Source: Escherichia coli (lineage in GTDB: Bacteria; Pseudomonadota; Gammaproteobacteria; Enterobacterales; Enterobacteriaceae). From it: a stretch of 64,000 nt of DNA. Location of the stretch: assembly GCF_041248615.1 (NCBI RefSeq), contig NZ_CP158426.1. One strand, written 5' to 3'. A program made the position numbers and the translations under genes. The number at the start of each line of letters is the position of its first letter. Within the stretch, counting starts at the first letter, position 1. The notes below the pieces were generated by a model. The model had not been told where the DNA came from and ran no database searches. It was given only the letters and a program-made list of their open reading frames with translations. Shown here in pieces: positions 21,582 to 31,976 of the stretch.

Positions 21582-23432
21582 ATGGAATTTGAAGAACGCT
21601 ATTTCCGGGAAGAACTCGATTACCTGCGCCAGCTTAGCAAGCTGCTGGCAACGGAAAAACCCCATCTGGCCCGCTTCCTGGCCGAAAAAGATGCAGATCC
21701 GGATATTGAACGCCTGCTGGAAGGGGTGGCTTTTCTTACCGGCAATCTCCGCCAGAAAATTGAGGATGAATTCCCAGAACTGACGCACGGGCTTATTAAG
21801 ATGCTATGGCCTAATTACCTGCGTCCGGTTCCGGCAATGACCCTTATTGAATATACGCCGGATATGGATAAGTCTTCTGTACCGGTGTTAATCCCCCGTA
21901 ATGAGCAGTTTACAACCAACGCCGGGGAAATCAGAGTTGATGAAGTGCTGCCCTCTGATGCTAAAAAGGAGGAGCCTCCTCCCTGTACCTTCACCCTCTG
22001 CCGGGATATCTGGCTGCTGCCCGTTCGCCTGGAGCAGATTGAAAACCGCAGTACGACCCGTAATGGTGTTATCAACATCACCTTTTCGGTCGCACCGGGA
22101 ACGGACTTCCGCACGCTGGATCTGAACAAACTTCGCTTCTGGCTCGGCAATGACGACAACTATACCCGTGACCAGCTTTATTTATGGTTCTGTGAATACT
22201 TGCAGGGTGCCGACCTGACTGTGGGTGAACAGCATATTCGCCTGCCTGAGTTTATGCTGAAAGCTGTCGGTTTTGAGCCGCAGGATGCCATGCTGCCCTG
22301 GCCGAAAAACGTCCACAGCGGCTACCGGATCCTTCAGGAGTATTTCTGTTACCCCGATGCGTTTCTCTTTTTTGATCTTTGTGGTTGTCCGGCTTTGCCT
22401 GACGGATTGCAGGCGGAATTCTTTACCCTGCAACTGCGTTTTTCGCGCCCTTTGCCCGTGGACATCCGGCTGCGCCGCGATTCCCTGCGCCTGTATTGCG
22501 CACCTGCCATTAATTTATTTATCCACCATGCAGAAGCCATCACGCTGGACAACCGGCGGGCAGACTATCCGCTGGTTCCCAGCCGCCATTACCCACAACA
22601 TTACGATGTATTTTCCGTTAACAGTGTGGTGAGCCAGGTCCAGGATATGTTCAGGAAAAAAGATCTGGGGCGTCCTGTTTCGACGCAGGCCGCGCGCCAG
22701 TGGCCAGCCTTTGAAAGTTTCAGCCATCAGATGGAATACAGCCGGAAGCGGGAAGTGGTGTACTGGCATCACCGGACCAAAACATCCCTGTTCCATCGCG
22801 GCTTTGATCATACTCTTGCCTTTATACATGCTGATGGCAGTTATCCGTCAGATGAATCTCTGCTCAGTAATGAAGTGGTTTCGGTATCGCTGACCTGTAC
22901 CAACCGTGAGCTTCCGTCACAAATTCGTTCCGGCGATATCACCGGCACAACCGGTAAAAATGCGGCTGTTGCTTCATTTCGCAACATTACCCGCCCGACG
23001 CAACCACTCTGGCCGGTCATTGATGGCAGCCTGCACTGGTCCCTACTCTCCGCCATGAACCTGAATTATCTGTCATTACTGGATACGGACGCGCTGAAGC
23101 AGGTCATCGCCAACTTTGATCGCCACGCAATCCATCATCCGCAGACGGCGCGGCTGTCACAACAAAAGCTGGATGCCATTGAGCGTCTGGAGACTCGCCC
23201 TGTCGACCGCCTGTTTACGGGCATTCCCGTCCGGGGGCTGGCCTCCACGCTGTATCTGCACCCGGAGCCGTTTGTCTGTGAAGGGGAAATGTATCTGCTC
23301 GGTACGGTGCTTTCGCATTTTCTGTCGCTGTACGCCAGCGTTAACTCATTCCACATGCTGACCGTTGTGAACACAGAAAGCCAGGAGACATGGAAATGGA
23401 CGGAAAGAACCGGGCAGCATCCTCTTATCTGA
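21582..23432 (+). CDS. tssF: T6SS baseplate protein TssF
   Basis: 616-aa ORF in conserved tssE-tssF-tssG order. Confidence 0.85.
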   Translation: MEFEERYFREELDYLRQLSKLLATEKPHLARFLAEKDADPDIERLLEGVAFLTGNLRQKIEDEFPELTHGLIKMLWPNYLRPVPAMTLIEYTPDMDKSSVPVLIPRNEQFTTNAGEIRVDEVLPSDAKKEEPPPCTFTLCRDIWLLPVRLEQIENRSTTRNGVINITFSVAPGTDFRTLDLNKLRFWLGNDDNYTRDQLYLWFCEYLQGADLTVGEQHIRLPEFMLKAVGFEPQDAMLPWPKNVHSGYRILQEYFCYPDAFLFFDLCGCPALPDGLQAEFFTLQLRFSRPLPVDIRLRRDSLRLYCAPAINLFIHHAEAITLDNRRADYPLVPSRHYPQHYDVFSVNSVVSQVQDMFRKKDLGRPVSTQAARQWPAFESFSHQMEYSRKREVVYWHHRTKTSLFHRGFDHTLAFIHADGSYPSDESLLSNEVVSVSLTCTNRELPSQIRSGDITGTTGKNAAVASFRNITRPTQPLWPVIDGSLHWSLLSAMNLNYLSLLDTDALKQVIANFDRHAIHHPQTARLSQQKLDAIERLETRPVDRLFTGIPVRGLASTLYLHPEPFVCEGEMYLLGTVLSHFLSLYASVNSFHMLTVVNTESQETWKWTERTGQHPLI

Positions 23433-24478
23433 GTCCGGGAAATCCCCCGGCAGATAAAGAGCAGAATGATCCGCTGGCACAGGTTTTTCATAACGCCTGC
23501 TCTTACAATTTTTTTGCGATGGCGGAGCTGTTGCACCGCCTGGCACAGGGTGAAAAGGGGACGCCGGAATTATCCCTGCGCGACGATCCGGCACAGGAAA
23601 CCCTGCGTTTCAGCGCCGATGCCAGCCTTGCGTTTCCCCTGAGTGATATCAGTGCGCTGAAACGGGATACGTCAGGGGCATTCAGGATGACCACTACCTT
23701 TATGGGGTTACAGGGGAGCCAGTCGCCTCTCCCCGGTTATTACCTCGATCACCTGGCCTGGAAAGCGGTACATGAACAAAGTCCGGTAGGTGATTTTCTG
23801 GATATGTTCAGCCACCGCCTGACCCAGTTTGTCTGGCATATCTGGCGTAAGTACCGCTATCACATCAGTTTTCGTAACGGCGGTGTGGATGCGTTCTCGC
23901 AGCGCATGTACTCCCTTGTTGGGCTGGGCCACCGCCAGCTTCGCGATAAGCTGGCGATTAATCACAGCAAAATGCTGGCGTATTCCGGGATCCTGGCAAA
24001 TCCGGGACGATCCCCGGAAATAATCTGCGGTCTGGTGTCCCACTGTTTTGATTTGTCAGACGTGACGCTGCAAAACTGGCAACGTCGCAAGGTGGATATT
24101 GAACCGGATCAGCAAAATAGCCTGGGGAGTTATTCACTTAAAAATGGCGAAAAACTGGCAGGAAGATCGGTACTGGGCAACTTTGTTCTGGGTACACGGG
24201 TGCCCGATCTCAGCGGAAAATTCCAGCTCAGTATTACCAGCCTGACCCGAAAACAGTTCCTCTCTTTTCTGCCGTCCGGCGAAAACTTCCTGCCACTGAC
24301 GATGTTTGTGTCCTTCATCCTGCGCGATCAGCTTGCCTGGGACTTACATCTGGGGCTGGCGCCGGAGCAGGTGGGCGCAATGCGCCTGGGCGATAACAAA
24401 AGTGCGCTGCTGGGCTGGACCAGCTTCCTCGGCACACCGGAAGAACGACCTTCAGTCACCATCAGGGTACGGTCGTAA
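23390..24478 (+). CDS. tssG: T6SS baseplate protein TssG
   Basis: 362-aa ORF overlapping tssF 3' end (coupled); size and position typical of TssG. Confidence 0.8.
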   Translation: MEMDGKNRAASSYLSPGNPPADKEQNDPLAQVFHNACSYNFFAMAELLHRLAQGEKGTPELSLRDDPAQETLRFSADASLAFPLSDISALKRDTSGAFRMTTTFMGLQGSQSPLPGYYLDHLAWKAVHEQSPVGDFLDMFSHRLTQFVWHIWRKYRYHISFRNGGVDAFSQRMYSLVGLGHRQLRDKLAINHSKMLAYSGILANPGRSPEIICGLVSHCFDLSDVTLQNWQRRKVDIEPDQQNSLGSYSLKNGEKLAGRSVLGNFVLGTRVPDLSGKFQLSITSLTRKQFLSFLPSGENFLPLTMFVSFILRDQLAWDLHLGLAPEQVGAMRLGDNKSALLGWTSFLGTPEERPSVTIRVRS

Positions 24479-24502
24479 ATTATGATAATCACGGAGCAGA
24501 AT

Positions 24503-25783
24503 ATGCCGGAAGAGAAACTACAGACGCTTTCATTGCAGGTCATTAACGGCAGTGAGCTGGAAAGCGGGCGGGCGGCGCGCTGTCTGTTCACACAGCAGGG
24601 AAATGTCGGCCATGGCCCCGAATGCCACTGGTCGGTACAGGATCGTCAGCAGAGCATTCCGGCTCAGGCTTTTACCGTTATCCTGCACGATGGCACATTT
24701 TGTCTGCGCCCGCAGACGGCACAACTGTGGCTGAACCAAGCAAAAGTCACAGCAACATCAGACCTGATACAGCTGCGCCAGGGCGATGAGATCCAGATAG
24801 GGCGTCTGATGGTGAGGGTTCATCTGAACCGGGGAGATATCCCCCATTACGATGAGGAAATGGCCACTCCCGAAACCATCGTCACCAATCGCGATATGCT
24901 CACGGATACCCTGCTGTCAACGGAGGGTGCGCCACACTATCCGGGAATGACTCACCGGCATCAGCTTGCAGACACCGTGGTAAACGGTTTTTCTGCCGAT
25001 CCACTCCAGGCTCTTCAGTCCGAAAGCCTGATTACCACGGGCGATCCGCTTTCAGGCATTGCGGCTGTCCGGCCATCGGCACCGCTGTCCGATCCGGCAA
25101 GTAATGGGGGGATCAATACGCCGTTTATGGATCTGCCGCCCATTTATGCCAGCCCCGGCGATCGTAATGATGACGTCTCTGTGGCAGAAATGGCGCAACG
25201 CCACCTTGCGGTCACCCCCTTACTGCGCGGTCTCGGCGGTTCGCTTACCGTGAGCAATTCCGACGATGCGGATGATTTTCTGGAAGAGGCCGGACGAACG
25301 TTACAGGCCGCAATAAAAGGTCTGCTCGATTTGCAGCAACAGCGTAACAGCCTCTCAGACAAACATTTGCGCCCGCTGGAAGATAACCCGCTGCGCCTGA
25401 ACATGGATTACGCCACCGCGCTCGACGTGATGTTTGCCGAAGGTAAAAGTCCGGTACATCTGGCGGCTCCCGCCGCTGTCAGTGAAAGCCTGCGCAATGT
25501 CCGCCACCACGAAGAAGCTAACCGGGCAGCGATTGTGGAGTCGCTTCGTGTCCTGCTGGATGCTTTCTCACCACAAAATCTGCTGCGCCGCTTTGTGCAG
25601 TACCGCCGCAGCCATGAACTGCGCCAGCCGCTGGATGATGCCGGAGCATGGCAAATGTACAGCCATTATTACGAAGAACTGGCCTCCGATCGCCAGCAGG
25701 GGTTTGAGATGCTGTTTAACGAGGTCTACGCCCAGGTCTATGACCGGGTGCTTCGTGAAAAACAGCGGGAGCCGGAAGCATGA
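24503..25783 (+). CDS. tagH: T6SS FHA-domain protein (TagH/Fha)
   Basis: ORF 24482..25783; start placed at ATG 24503 (GGAG 6 nt upstream). N-terminal FHA-like region (QVINGSELESG...FTVILHDGTFCLRP...NQAKV). Confidence 0.75.
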   Translation: MPEEKLQTLSLQVINGSELESGRAARCLFTQQGNVGHGPECHWSVQDRQQSIPAQAFTVILHDGTFCLRPQTAQLWLNQAKVTATSDLIQLRQGDEIQIGRLMVRVHLNRGDIPHYDEEMATPETIVTNRDMLTDTLLSTEGAPHYPGMTHRHQLADTVVNGFSADPLQALQSESLITTGDPLSGIAAVRPSAPLSDPASNGGINTPFMDLPPIYASPGDRNDDVSVAEMAQRHLAVTPLLRGLGGSLTVSNSDDADDFLEEAGRTLQAAIKGLLDLQQQRNSLSDKHLRPLEDNPLRLNMDYATALDVMFAEGKSPVHLAAPAAVSESLRNVRHHEEANRAAIVESLRVLLDAFSPQNLLRRFVQYRRSHELRQPLDDAGAWQMYSHYYEELASDRQQGFEMLFNEVYAQVYDRVLREKQREPEA

Positions 25784-26304
25784 ACAGGAAGGCGTTTCTG
25801 GCCTGCGTGCTGATGTGCGTCATATTAACCGGCTGCGAAACGGCGAAAAAAATCAGCGAGGTGATCAAAAACCCGGATATCCAGGTCGGGAGCCTGAAGG
25901 AGCAACCTTCGGAAATAACCGTCACCCTGCTGACCGAACCGGACACAAATACCAATGCGGAGGGTGAATCAGCCGCCGTGGATGTGCAACTGGTGTACCT
26001 GACTGACGACTCAAAATTGCTGGCAGCCGACTATGACCAGATAGCCAGTACGCCGCTACCGGATGTGCTGGGTAAAAACTATATCGACCACCAGGATTTC
26101 AACCTGTTGCCGGACACCATCAAAACCCTGCCGCCGGTAAAGCTGGATGAGAAAACGCAGTTTATTGGTGTCGTGGCCTATTTCTCCGATGACCAGGCCA
26201 CTGAATGGAAACAAATCGAGACGGTGGAAGGAACCGGCCACCATTACCGCCTGCTGGTGCATGTACGTCAAAGCAGCATCGAAATGAAAAAAGAGGATGA
26301 ATAA
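25780..26304 (+). CDS. tssJ: T6SS outer-membrane lipoprotein TssJ
   Basis: 174-aa ORF with lipoprotein signal (LACVLMCVILTGC); size typical of TssJ. Confidence 0.75.
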   Translation: MNRKAFLACVLMCVILTGCETAKKISEVIKNPDIQVGSLKEQPSEITVTLLTEPDTNTNAEGESAAVDVQLVYLTDDSKLLAADYDQIASTPLPDVLGKNYIDHQDFNLLPDTIKTLPPVKLDEKTQFIGVVAYFSDDQATEWKQIETVEGTGHHYRLLVHVRQSSIEMKKEDE

Positions 26305-26306
26305 TT

Positions 26307-27638
26307 ATGGCAACCACCCGCAACAAGGTGATGTGGCAGGAAGGGATGCTGATGCGCCCACACCATTTCCAGCAACAGCAGCGTTACAACGACTACCTGG
26401 ATAACCAGCGTTTCCGGGCCATGAATGATTTATCCTGGGGATTTACCGAACTCACCCTCAACAATGAACTGCTGGCGCAGGGTAAGATCATGATTGACAG
26501 CGCGTCAGGCACACTGCCCGACGGCACCGTCTTTTCTATCCCCGACCAGGACGCACTGCCCGATCCGCTGCACCCGCAACATTTTCCGGACGAAAGAAGC
26601 CGCAATATTTACCTCGCTCTGCCGGTCGCCAGTGATGTGAGAAATGAAATCAGCGACGGGCGGCGAATCGGGCGTTACCGGCTGAATTATGCCGATGTCC
26701 GGGATCTGCATTCAGAAGAAGGTGACGCGCGAACACTGACGCTGGGTCAACTGACGCCGCGCATTATGAGCGGTGCAGAAGATATGAGCGCCTATATTAC
26801 GCTCCCGCTTTGCCGTATCAGCGATCGCCATGCCGACGGCTCCCTGACGCTGGATGACGATTTTATCCCCTCCTGCCAGAATATTCAGGTCAGTAAGAAA
26901 CTGCGTGTTTATCTCAAAGAGGTACAGGGGGCCATTGGCGGACGGGCAAGCGATCTGGCAAACCGCATTGGCTCTCCGGCGCAGAGCGGCATCGCGGATG
27001 TGGCGGAATTTATGATGTTGCAGTTACTTAACCGTAACCAGACCCGGTTTACCCATCGCGCTCGTCGATCCCAGCTCCACCCAGAAGATTTCTACCTTGA
27101 TCTTGCCGGGTTGCTGGGTGAACTGATGACCTTTACCGAGCCGTCGCGCCTGCCCTGCCCGCTTGATGTGTATGATCATCATGACCTGACCAAAACATTT
27201 AAAACGCTGTTACCGGAAGTCAAACGGGCGCTGCATACCGTACTGTCGCCAAGAGCCGTTAATCTGCCGCTGCATCTGCGTGACGGTATCTGGCAGGCCG
27301 ATATCCATGACACAGAACTGCTGCAATCTGCCACCTTTGTGCTGGCCGTGGCGGCAAACATGCCGGTCGATCAGATCCAGCGCCAGTTTATCCAGCAGTC
27401 GAAAATTTCCTCGCCGGAAAAAATCCGCAATATGGTCAGTGTGCAGATACCCGGCATTCCATTGCGTGCCCTGATGGTGGCTCCCCGCCAGCTTCCTTAC
27501 CATTCCGGGTTCAGCTATTTCGAACTCGACAAGAGCGGCCAGGCCTGGACAGAAATGGCTGCCGCCGGGGCCGTTGCACTGCATGTATCCGGCAGTTTCC
27601 CGGATCTGAACATGCAACTGTGGGCGATAAGAGGGTAA
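26307..27638 (+). CDS. tssK: T6SS baseplate protein TssK
   Basis: 443-aa ORF; position between tssJ and tssL. Confidence 0.85.
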   Translation: MATTRNKVMWQEGMLMRPHHFQQQQRYNDYLDNQRFRAMNDLSWGFTELTLNNELLAQGKIMIDSASGTLPDGTVFSIPDQDALPDPLHPQHFPDERSRNIYLALPVASDVRNEISDGRRIGRYRLNYADVRDLHSEEGDARTLTLGQLTPRIMSGAEDMSAYITLPLCRISDRHADGSLTLDDDFIPSCQNIQVSKKLRVYLKEVQGAIGGRASDLANRIGSPAQSGIADVAEFMMLQLLNRNQTRFTHRARRSQLHPEDFYLDLAGLLGELMTFTEPSRLPCPLDVYDHHDLTKTFKTLLPEVKRALHTVLSPRAVNLPLHLRDGIWQADIHDTELLQSATFVLAVAANMPVDQIQRQFIQQSKISSPEKIRNMVSVQIPGIPLRALMVAPRQLPYHSGFSYFELDKSGQAWTEMAAAGAVALHVSGSFPDLNMQLWAIRG

Positions 27639-27642
27639 GACG

Positions 27643-28404
27643 ATGGATGAGGGGTCACTGTCTCTGCCACCATTTACCGGACACCACGAAAAAAGCCAGC
27701 GCGACTATCATCTCGCGCTTCGTGGCAACAGCCTGAATCCGATGATCGACGCAGCCACGCCGCTCCTCGGTATGGTGATGCGCCTTTCAACCATGAACAG
27801 TCAGACGATGCCGGAGCATCTTTTTGCTCAGGTGGTGACGGATGTTCAGGCCGTGGAGCAACTGCTTCAGGAGCAGGGCTACGAACCGGGCGTGATTATC
27901 TCGTTTCGCTACATCCTCTGCACGTTTATTGATGAAGCGGCGCTCGGTAACGGCTGGTCGAACAAGAACGAGTGGATCAAGCAGTCATTGCTGGTCCATT
28001 TCCACAACGAAGCCTGGGGTGGAGAGAAAGTTTTCATCCTGCTGGAGCGCCTGATCCGTGAACCCAAACGTTACCAGGATCTGCTGGAATTTCTCTGGCT
28101 CTGTTTTTCTCTGGGATTTCGCGGGCGCTACAAAGTGGCAGCACAGGATCAGGGGGAATTTGAGCAGATCTACCGCCGCCTGTACCACGTCCTGCATAAA
28201 CTACGCGGCGATGCCCCTTTCCCGCTGTTACACCAGGACAAAAAAACCCAGGGCGGGCGTTATCAGCTCATCAGTCGCCTGACCATTAAACATATTTTTT
28301 GTGGTGGCGTTGTCGTGCTGGCGTTGTTTTACCTGTTCTATCTGTTGCGGTTGGACAGCCAGACGCAGGACATCCTGCACCAGCTAAACAAATTACTTCG
28401 ATAA
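27643..28404 (+). CDS. tssL: T6SS membrane complex protein TssL (DotU family)
   Basis: 253-aa ORF with single C-terminal TM helix (IFCGGVVVLALFYLFYLL), DotU-like. Confidence 0.8.
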   Translation: MDEGSLSLPPFTGHHEKSQRDYHLALRGNSLNPMIDAATPLLGMVMRLSTMNSQTMPEHLFAQVVTDVQAVEQLLQEQGYEPGVIISFRYILCTFIDEAALGNGWSNKNEWIKQSLLVHFHNEAWGGEKVFILLERLIREPKRYQDLLEFLWLCFSLGFRGRYKVAAQDQGEFEQIYRRLYHVLHKLRGDAPFPLLHQDKKTQGGRYQLISRLTIKHIFCGGVVVLALFYLFYLLRLDSQTQDILHQLNKLLR

Positions 28405-28412
28405 GGACGTTT

Positions 28413-31232
28413 ATGATCCAGATTGATCTTCCCACGCTGGTAAAACGGCTTAACCTGTTCTCCCGCCAGGCGCTGGAGATGGCCGCCTCTGAATGTATGA
28501 GCCAGCAGGCAGCGGAAATTACCGTCAGCCATGTGCTTATTCAGATGCTCGCCATGCCACGCAGCGACCTGCGGGTTATTACCCGCCAGGGCGATATTGG
28601 CATGGAAGAGTTGCGCCAGGCGCTGACGGTGGAGAACTACACAACTGCCCGTTCTGCGGACAGCTACCCGGCATTTTCCCCGATGCTGGTTGAGTGGCTG
28701 AAAGAGGGCTGGCTGCTGGCGTCGGCTGAGATGCAGCACAGCGAATTGCGTGGCGGCGTGTTGCTGCTGGCCCTGCTGCATTCGCCGCTGCGTTATATAC
28801 CGCCTGCTGCCGCCCGGTTGTTGACCGGCATTAACCGTGACCGTCTGCAACAGGACTTTGTACAGTGGACACAGGAGTCGGCGGAATCAGTCGTGCCGGA
28901 TGCAGACGGTAAAGTCGCAGGCACACTGACGGACGCTGCTGACACCCTGCTTGCCCGCTACGCCAAAAACATGACCGCAGACGCCCGTAACGGCAGGCTT
29001 GACCCGGTACTGTGCCGCGACCACGAAATCGACCTGATGATCGACATTCTCTGCCGCCGCCGCAAGAACAACCCGGTGGTGGTGGGCGAAGCAGGCGTGG
29101 GTAAAAGTGCCTTAATCGAAGGGCTGGCGCTGCGCATCGTGGCAGGCCAGGTGCCGGACAAACTGAAAAACACCGATATCATGACCCTTGACCTAGGCGC
29201 ATTGCAGGCCGGGGCGTCGGTGAAGGGCGAATTCGAAAAACGCTTCAAGGGGCTGATGGCGGAGGTCATTTCCTCTCCGGTGCCGGTCATTCTGTTTATT
29301 GACGAAGCACATACCCTGATTGGCGCGGGCAACCAGCAGGGCGGGCTGGATATCTCCAACCTGCTCAAACCGGCGCTGGCGCGCGGCGAACTGAAAACCA
29401 TCGCCGCCACCACCTGGAGCGAATACAAAAAATACTTCGAGAAAGATGCCGCCCTGTCGCGCCGCTTCCAGCTGGTGAAGGTCAGCGAACCCAACGCCGC
29501 CGAAGCCACCATTATTCTGCGTGGTCTGTCGGCGGTCTATGAACAGTCTCACGGCGTGCTGATTGATGATGACGCCTTGCAGGCCGCAGCAACGCTGAGC
29601 GAACGTTATCTCTCCGGGCGTCAGTTGCCGGACAAAGCCATTGATGTGCTGGATACCGCCTGCGCCCGCGTCGCCATTAACCTTTCCTCGCCGCCGAAGC
29701 AAATCTCGGCGCTGACCACTCTGAGCCACCAGCAGGAGGCGGAAATTCGCCAGCTTGAGCGCGAGCTTCGCATCGGGCTGCGTACCAACACCTCACGGAT
29801 GACCGAGGTGCTGGTGCAGTACGATGAAACGCTGACGGCGCTGGATGAACTGGAAGCGGCCTGGCATCAGCAGCAGGCGCTGGTCCGGGAGATTATCGCG
29901 CTGCGCCAGCAGTTGCTGGGCGTGGCAGAAGACGATGCGGCGTCGTTGCCGGACGCAGATGCCGCGGAGGATACGCCGCCAGAGTCAGAGTCAGAGTCAG
30001 AGTCAGAGTCAGAGTCAGAGTCAGAGTCAGAGTCAGAGTCAGAGTCAGAACAGGATAATACCGGTGCCGTACCGGCTGATGAGGCCGACAGAGAACAGCC
30101 GGAAGAGACCGCTGAAACAGTTTCCCCGGTACAGCGGCTGGCCCAGCTCACTGCCGAACTGGACGCCCTGCATAACGACCGGTTGCTGGTCTCCCCGCAC
30201 GTCGATAAAAAACAGATTGCGGCGGTGATTGCCGAATGGACCGGCGTGCCGCTCAACCGCCTGTCGCAGAATGAAATGTCGGTCATCACCGACCTGCCGA
30301 AATTGCTGGGCGACACCATCAAAGGCCAAGACCTGGCGATTGCCAGCCTGCATAAGCATCTACTGACCGCACGCGCCGACCTGCGTCTTCCGGGACGCCC
30401 GCTCGGTGCGTTCCTGCTGGCTGGCCCCAGCGGTGTGGGTAAAACCGAAACCGTCCTGCAACTGGCAGAGCTGCTCTACGGCGGTCGCCAGTACCTGACC
30501 ACCATCAATATGTCCGAATTCCAGGAGAAACACACCGTCTCGCGGCTGATTGGTTCGCCTCCGGGCTACGTTGGCTACGGTGAAGGCGGCGTACTGACCG
30601 AAGCGATTCGCCAGAAACCCTACTCGGTAGTACTGCTCGATGAAGTGGAAAAAGCGCACCCGGATGTGCTCAACCTGTTCTACCAGTCGTTCGATAAGGG
30701 CGAAATGGCAGACGGTGAAGGCCGCCTGATTGACTGCAAAAATATCGTCTTCTTCCTGACGTCCAACCTCGGCTACCAGGTAATAGTCGAGCACGCCGAT
30801 GACCCGGAAACCATGCAGGAAGAACTGTATCCGGTGCTGGCCGACTTCTTCAAACCTGCCCTGCTGGCGCGTATGGAAGTGGTGCCGTATCTGCCGCTGT
30901 CGAAAGAGACGCTCGCCACCATTATCGCCGGAAAACTGGCCCGTCTGGATAACGTGCTGCGCAGTCGCTTTGGTGCAGAAGTGGTCATTGAACCGGAAGT
31001 GACGGACGAAATCATGAGCCGCGTCACCCGCGCGGAAAACGGCGCGAGGATGCTGGAATCGGTCATCGATGGCGACATGCTACCGCCGCTCTCGCTGCTG
31101 CTGTTGCAGAAAATGGCGGCTAACACGGCGATTGCCCGGATTCGGTTGTCGGCGGTGGACGACGCATTTACGGCAGACGTGGAAGATGCTCAGAACGACG
31201 AGTCCGTCACAAAGGATGAAACGGTTTTATGA
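28413..31232 (+). CDS. clpV: T6SS AAA+ ATPase ClpV (TssH)
   Basis: ORF 28299..31232 trimmed to ATG 28413 (MIQIDLPTLVKRLN...); two Walker A motifs (GEAGVGKS, GPSGVGKT); Clp N-domain. Contains (ES)11 repeat. Confidence 0.92.
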   Translation: MIQIDLPTLVKRLNLFSRQALEMAASECMSQQAAEITVSHVLIQMLAMPRSDLRVITRQGDIGMEELRQALTVENYTTARSADSYPAFSPMLVEWLKEGWLLASAEMQHSELRGGVLLLALLHSPLRYIPPAAARLLTGINRDRLQQDFVQWTQESAESVVPDADGKVAGTLTDAADTLLARYAKNMTADARNGRLDPVLCRDHEIDLMIDILCRRRKNNPVVVGEAGVGKSALIEGLALRIVAGQVPDKLKNTDIMTLDLGALQAGASVKGEFEKRFKGLMAEVISSPVPVILFIDEAHTLIGAGNQQGGLDISNLLKPALARGELKTIAATTWSEYKKYFEKDAALSRRFQLVKVSEPNAAEATIILRGLSAVYEQSHGVLIDDDALQAAATLSERYLSGRQLPDKAIDVLDTACARVAINLSSPPKQISALTTLSHQQEAEIRQLERELRIGLRTNTSRMTEVLVQYDETLTALDELEAAWHQQQALVREIIALRQQLLGVAEDDAASLPDADAAEDTPPESESESESESESESESESESESEQDNTGAVPADEADREQPEETAETVSPVQRLAQLTAELDALHNDRLLVSPHVDKKQIAAVIAEWTGVPLNRLSQNEMSVITDLPKLLGDTIKGQDLAIASLHKHLLTARADLRLPGRPLGAFLLAGPSGVGKTETVLQLAELLYGGRQYLTTINMSEFQEKHTVSRLIGSPPGYVGYGEGGVLTEAIRQKPYSVVLLDEVEKAHPDVLNLFYQSFDKGEMADGEGRLIDCKNIVFFLTSNLGYQVIVEHADDPETMQEELYPVLADFFKPALLARMEVVPYLPLSKETLATIIAGKLARLDNVLRSRFGAEVVIEPEVTDEIMSRVTRAENGARMLESVIDGDMLPPLSLLLLQKMAANTAIARIRLSAVDDAFTADVEDAQNDESVTKDETVL
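29981..30048 (+). repeat. perfect hexanucleotide microsatellite (AGAGTC/GAGTCA)x11 within clpV, encoding (Glu-Ser)11
   Basis: Direct read of 11 perfect tandem 6-nt units, in frame. Confidence 0.95.
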
Positions 31233-31972
31233 GCAGGTTGCGCGTTTTCCGGCAGACAGGATGGTTTATCGCGGGCCTGATGACGGGCTTACCCGCCACT
31301 GCCGCGCCCGCAGAAACATCGTCAATGGCCGGTGTGGCGGTCGCCGTCGCCACCACGACCCCGCCGGATGCGACAGCCACGTCACAGGCCATGCAGTCCT
31401 GTCAGCGGGAGTCCGCGGCGCTGGAGCGGCTTGACTGCTATGACCGCCTGCTGGCACCGCTGTCCCCGTCAGGGTTTGACGGGGCGCTGGTCAAAGCCGG
31501 TTTTGTGGGCGAGGCCTGGACCCGCGCCACAGAGCAGGAAAAACGCCGCGAGGGCAACACCACAGAACTGCTGGTGACGCAGGTGCCGGGGGAGCGCCCG
31601 ACGGTGGTGATAACCACCCCGGCTATCGGCCATGTTCCGCCGCGCCCGGTGCTGATGTTCAGTTGCGTGGACAATATCACCCGGATGCAGGTGGCGCTGA
31701 TGCACCCTCTGGATGTCCATGATATCGCCGTCACTCTGAATGCCGACAGCCGGGCATTGCGTAGCCACTGGTTTGTGCGCGAGAACGGCACCCTGCTGGA
31801 GTCCAGCCGGGGGCTGTCCGGGATTGATGAAATTAAGCAACTGTTCGGCGCAAAAACGCTGACAGTGGATACCGGCGCAGATAACGCCGCAGGAAAGCTG
31901 ACCTTTAACATTGACGGGCTGGCAAGGGCGATTGCCCCCCTGCGCGTTGCCTGCCACTGGGCGGGAGAATAA
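31229..31972 (+). CDS. T6SS-associated secreted/periplasmic protein (VasI-like)
   Basis: 247-aa ORF with signal peptide, ATGA overlap with clpV stop; position matches VasI-type accessory genes. Family assignment from memory only. Confidence 0.5.
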   Translation: MSRLRVFRQTGWFIAGLMTGLPATAAPAETSSMAGVAVAVATTTPPDATATSQAMQSCQRESAALERLDCYDRLLAPLSPSGFDGALVKAGFVGEAWTRATEQEKRREGNTTELLVTQVPGERPTVVITTPAIGHVPPRPVLMFSCVDNITRMQVALMHPLDVHDIAVTLNADSRALRSHWFVRENGTLLESSRGLSGIDEIKQLFGAKTLTVDTGADNAAGKLTFNIDGLARAIAPLRVACHWAGE

Positions 31973-31976
31973 AAAT

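Noticed and set aside
28299-28412. Upstream extension of the clpV ORF (start at 28299)
   Set aside because: The extension overlaps the tssL 3' end in another frame and lacks the conserved ClpV N-terminus; ATG at 28413 directly after the tssL stop gives the typical start.
29981-30048. Tandem repeat considered as a possible CRISPR array
   Set aside because: Units are 6 nt with no spacers, and the tract sits in frame inside clpV; it is a coding microsatellite. No CRISPR array or cas genes were seen anywhere in the window.
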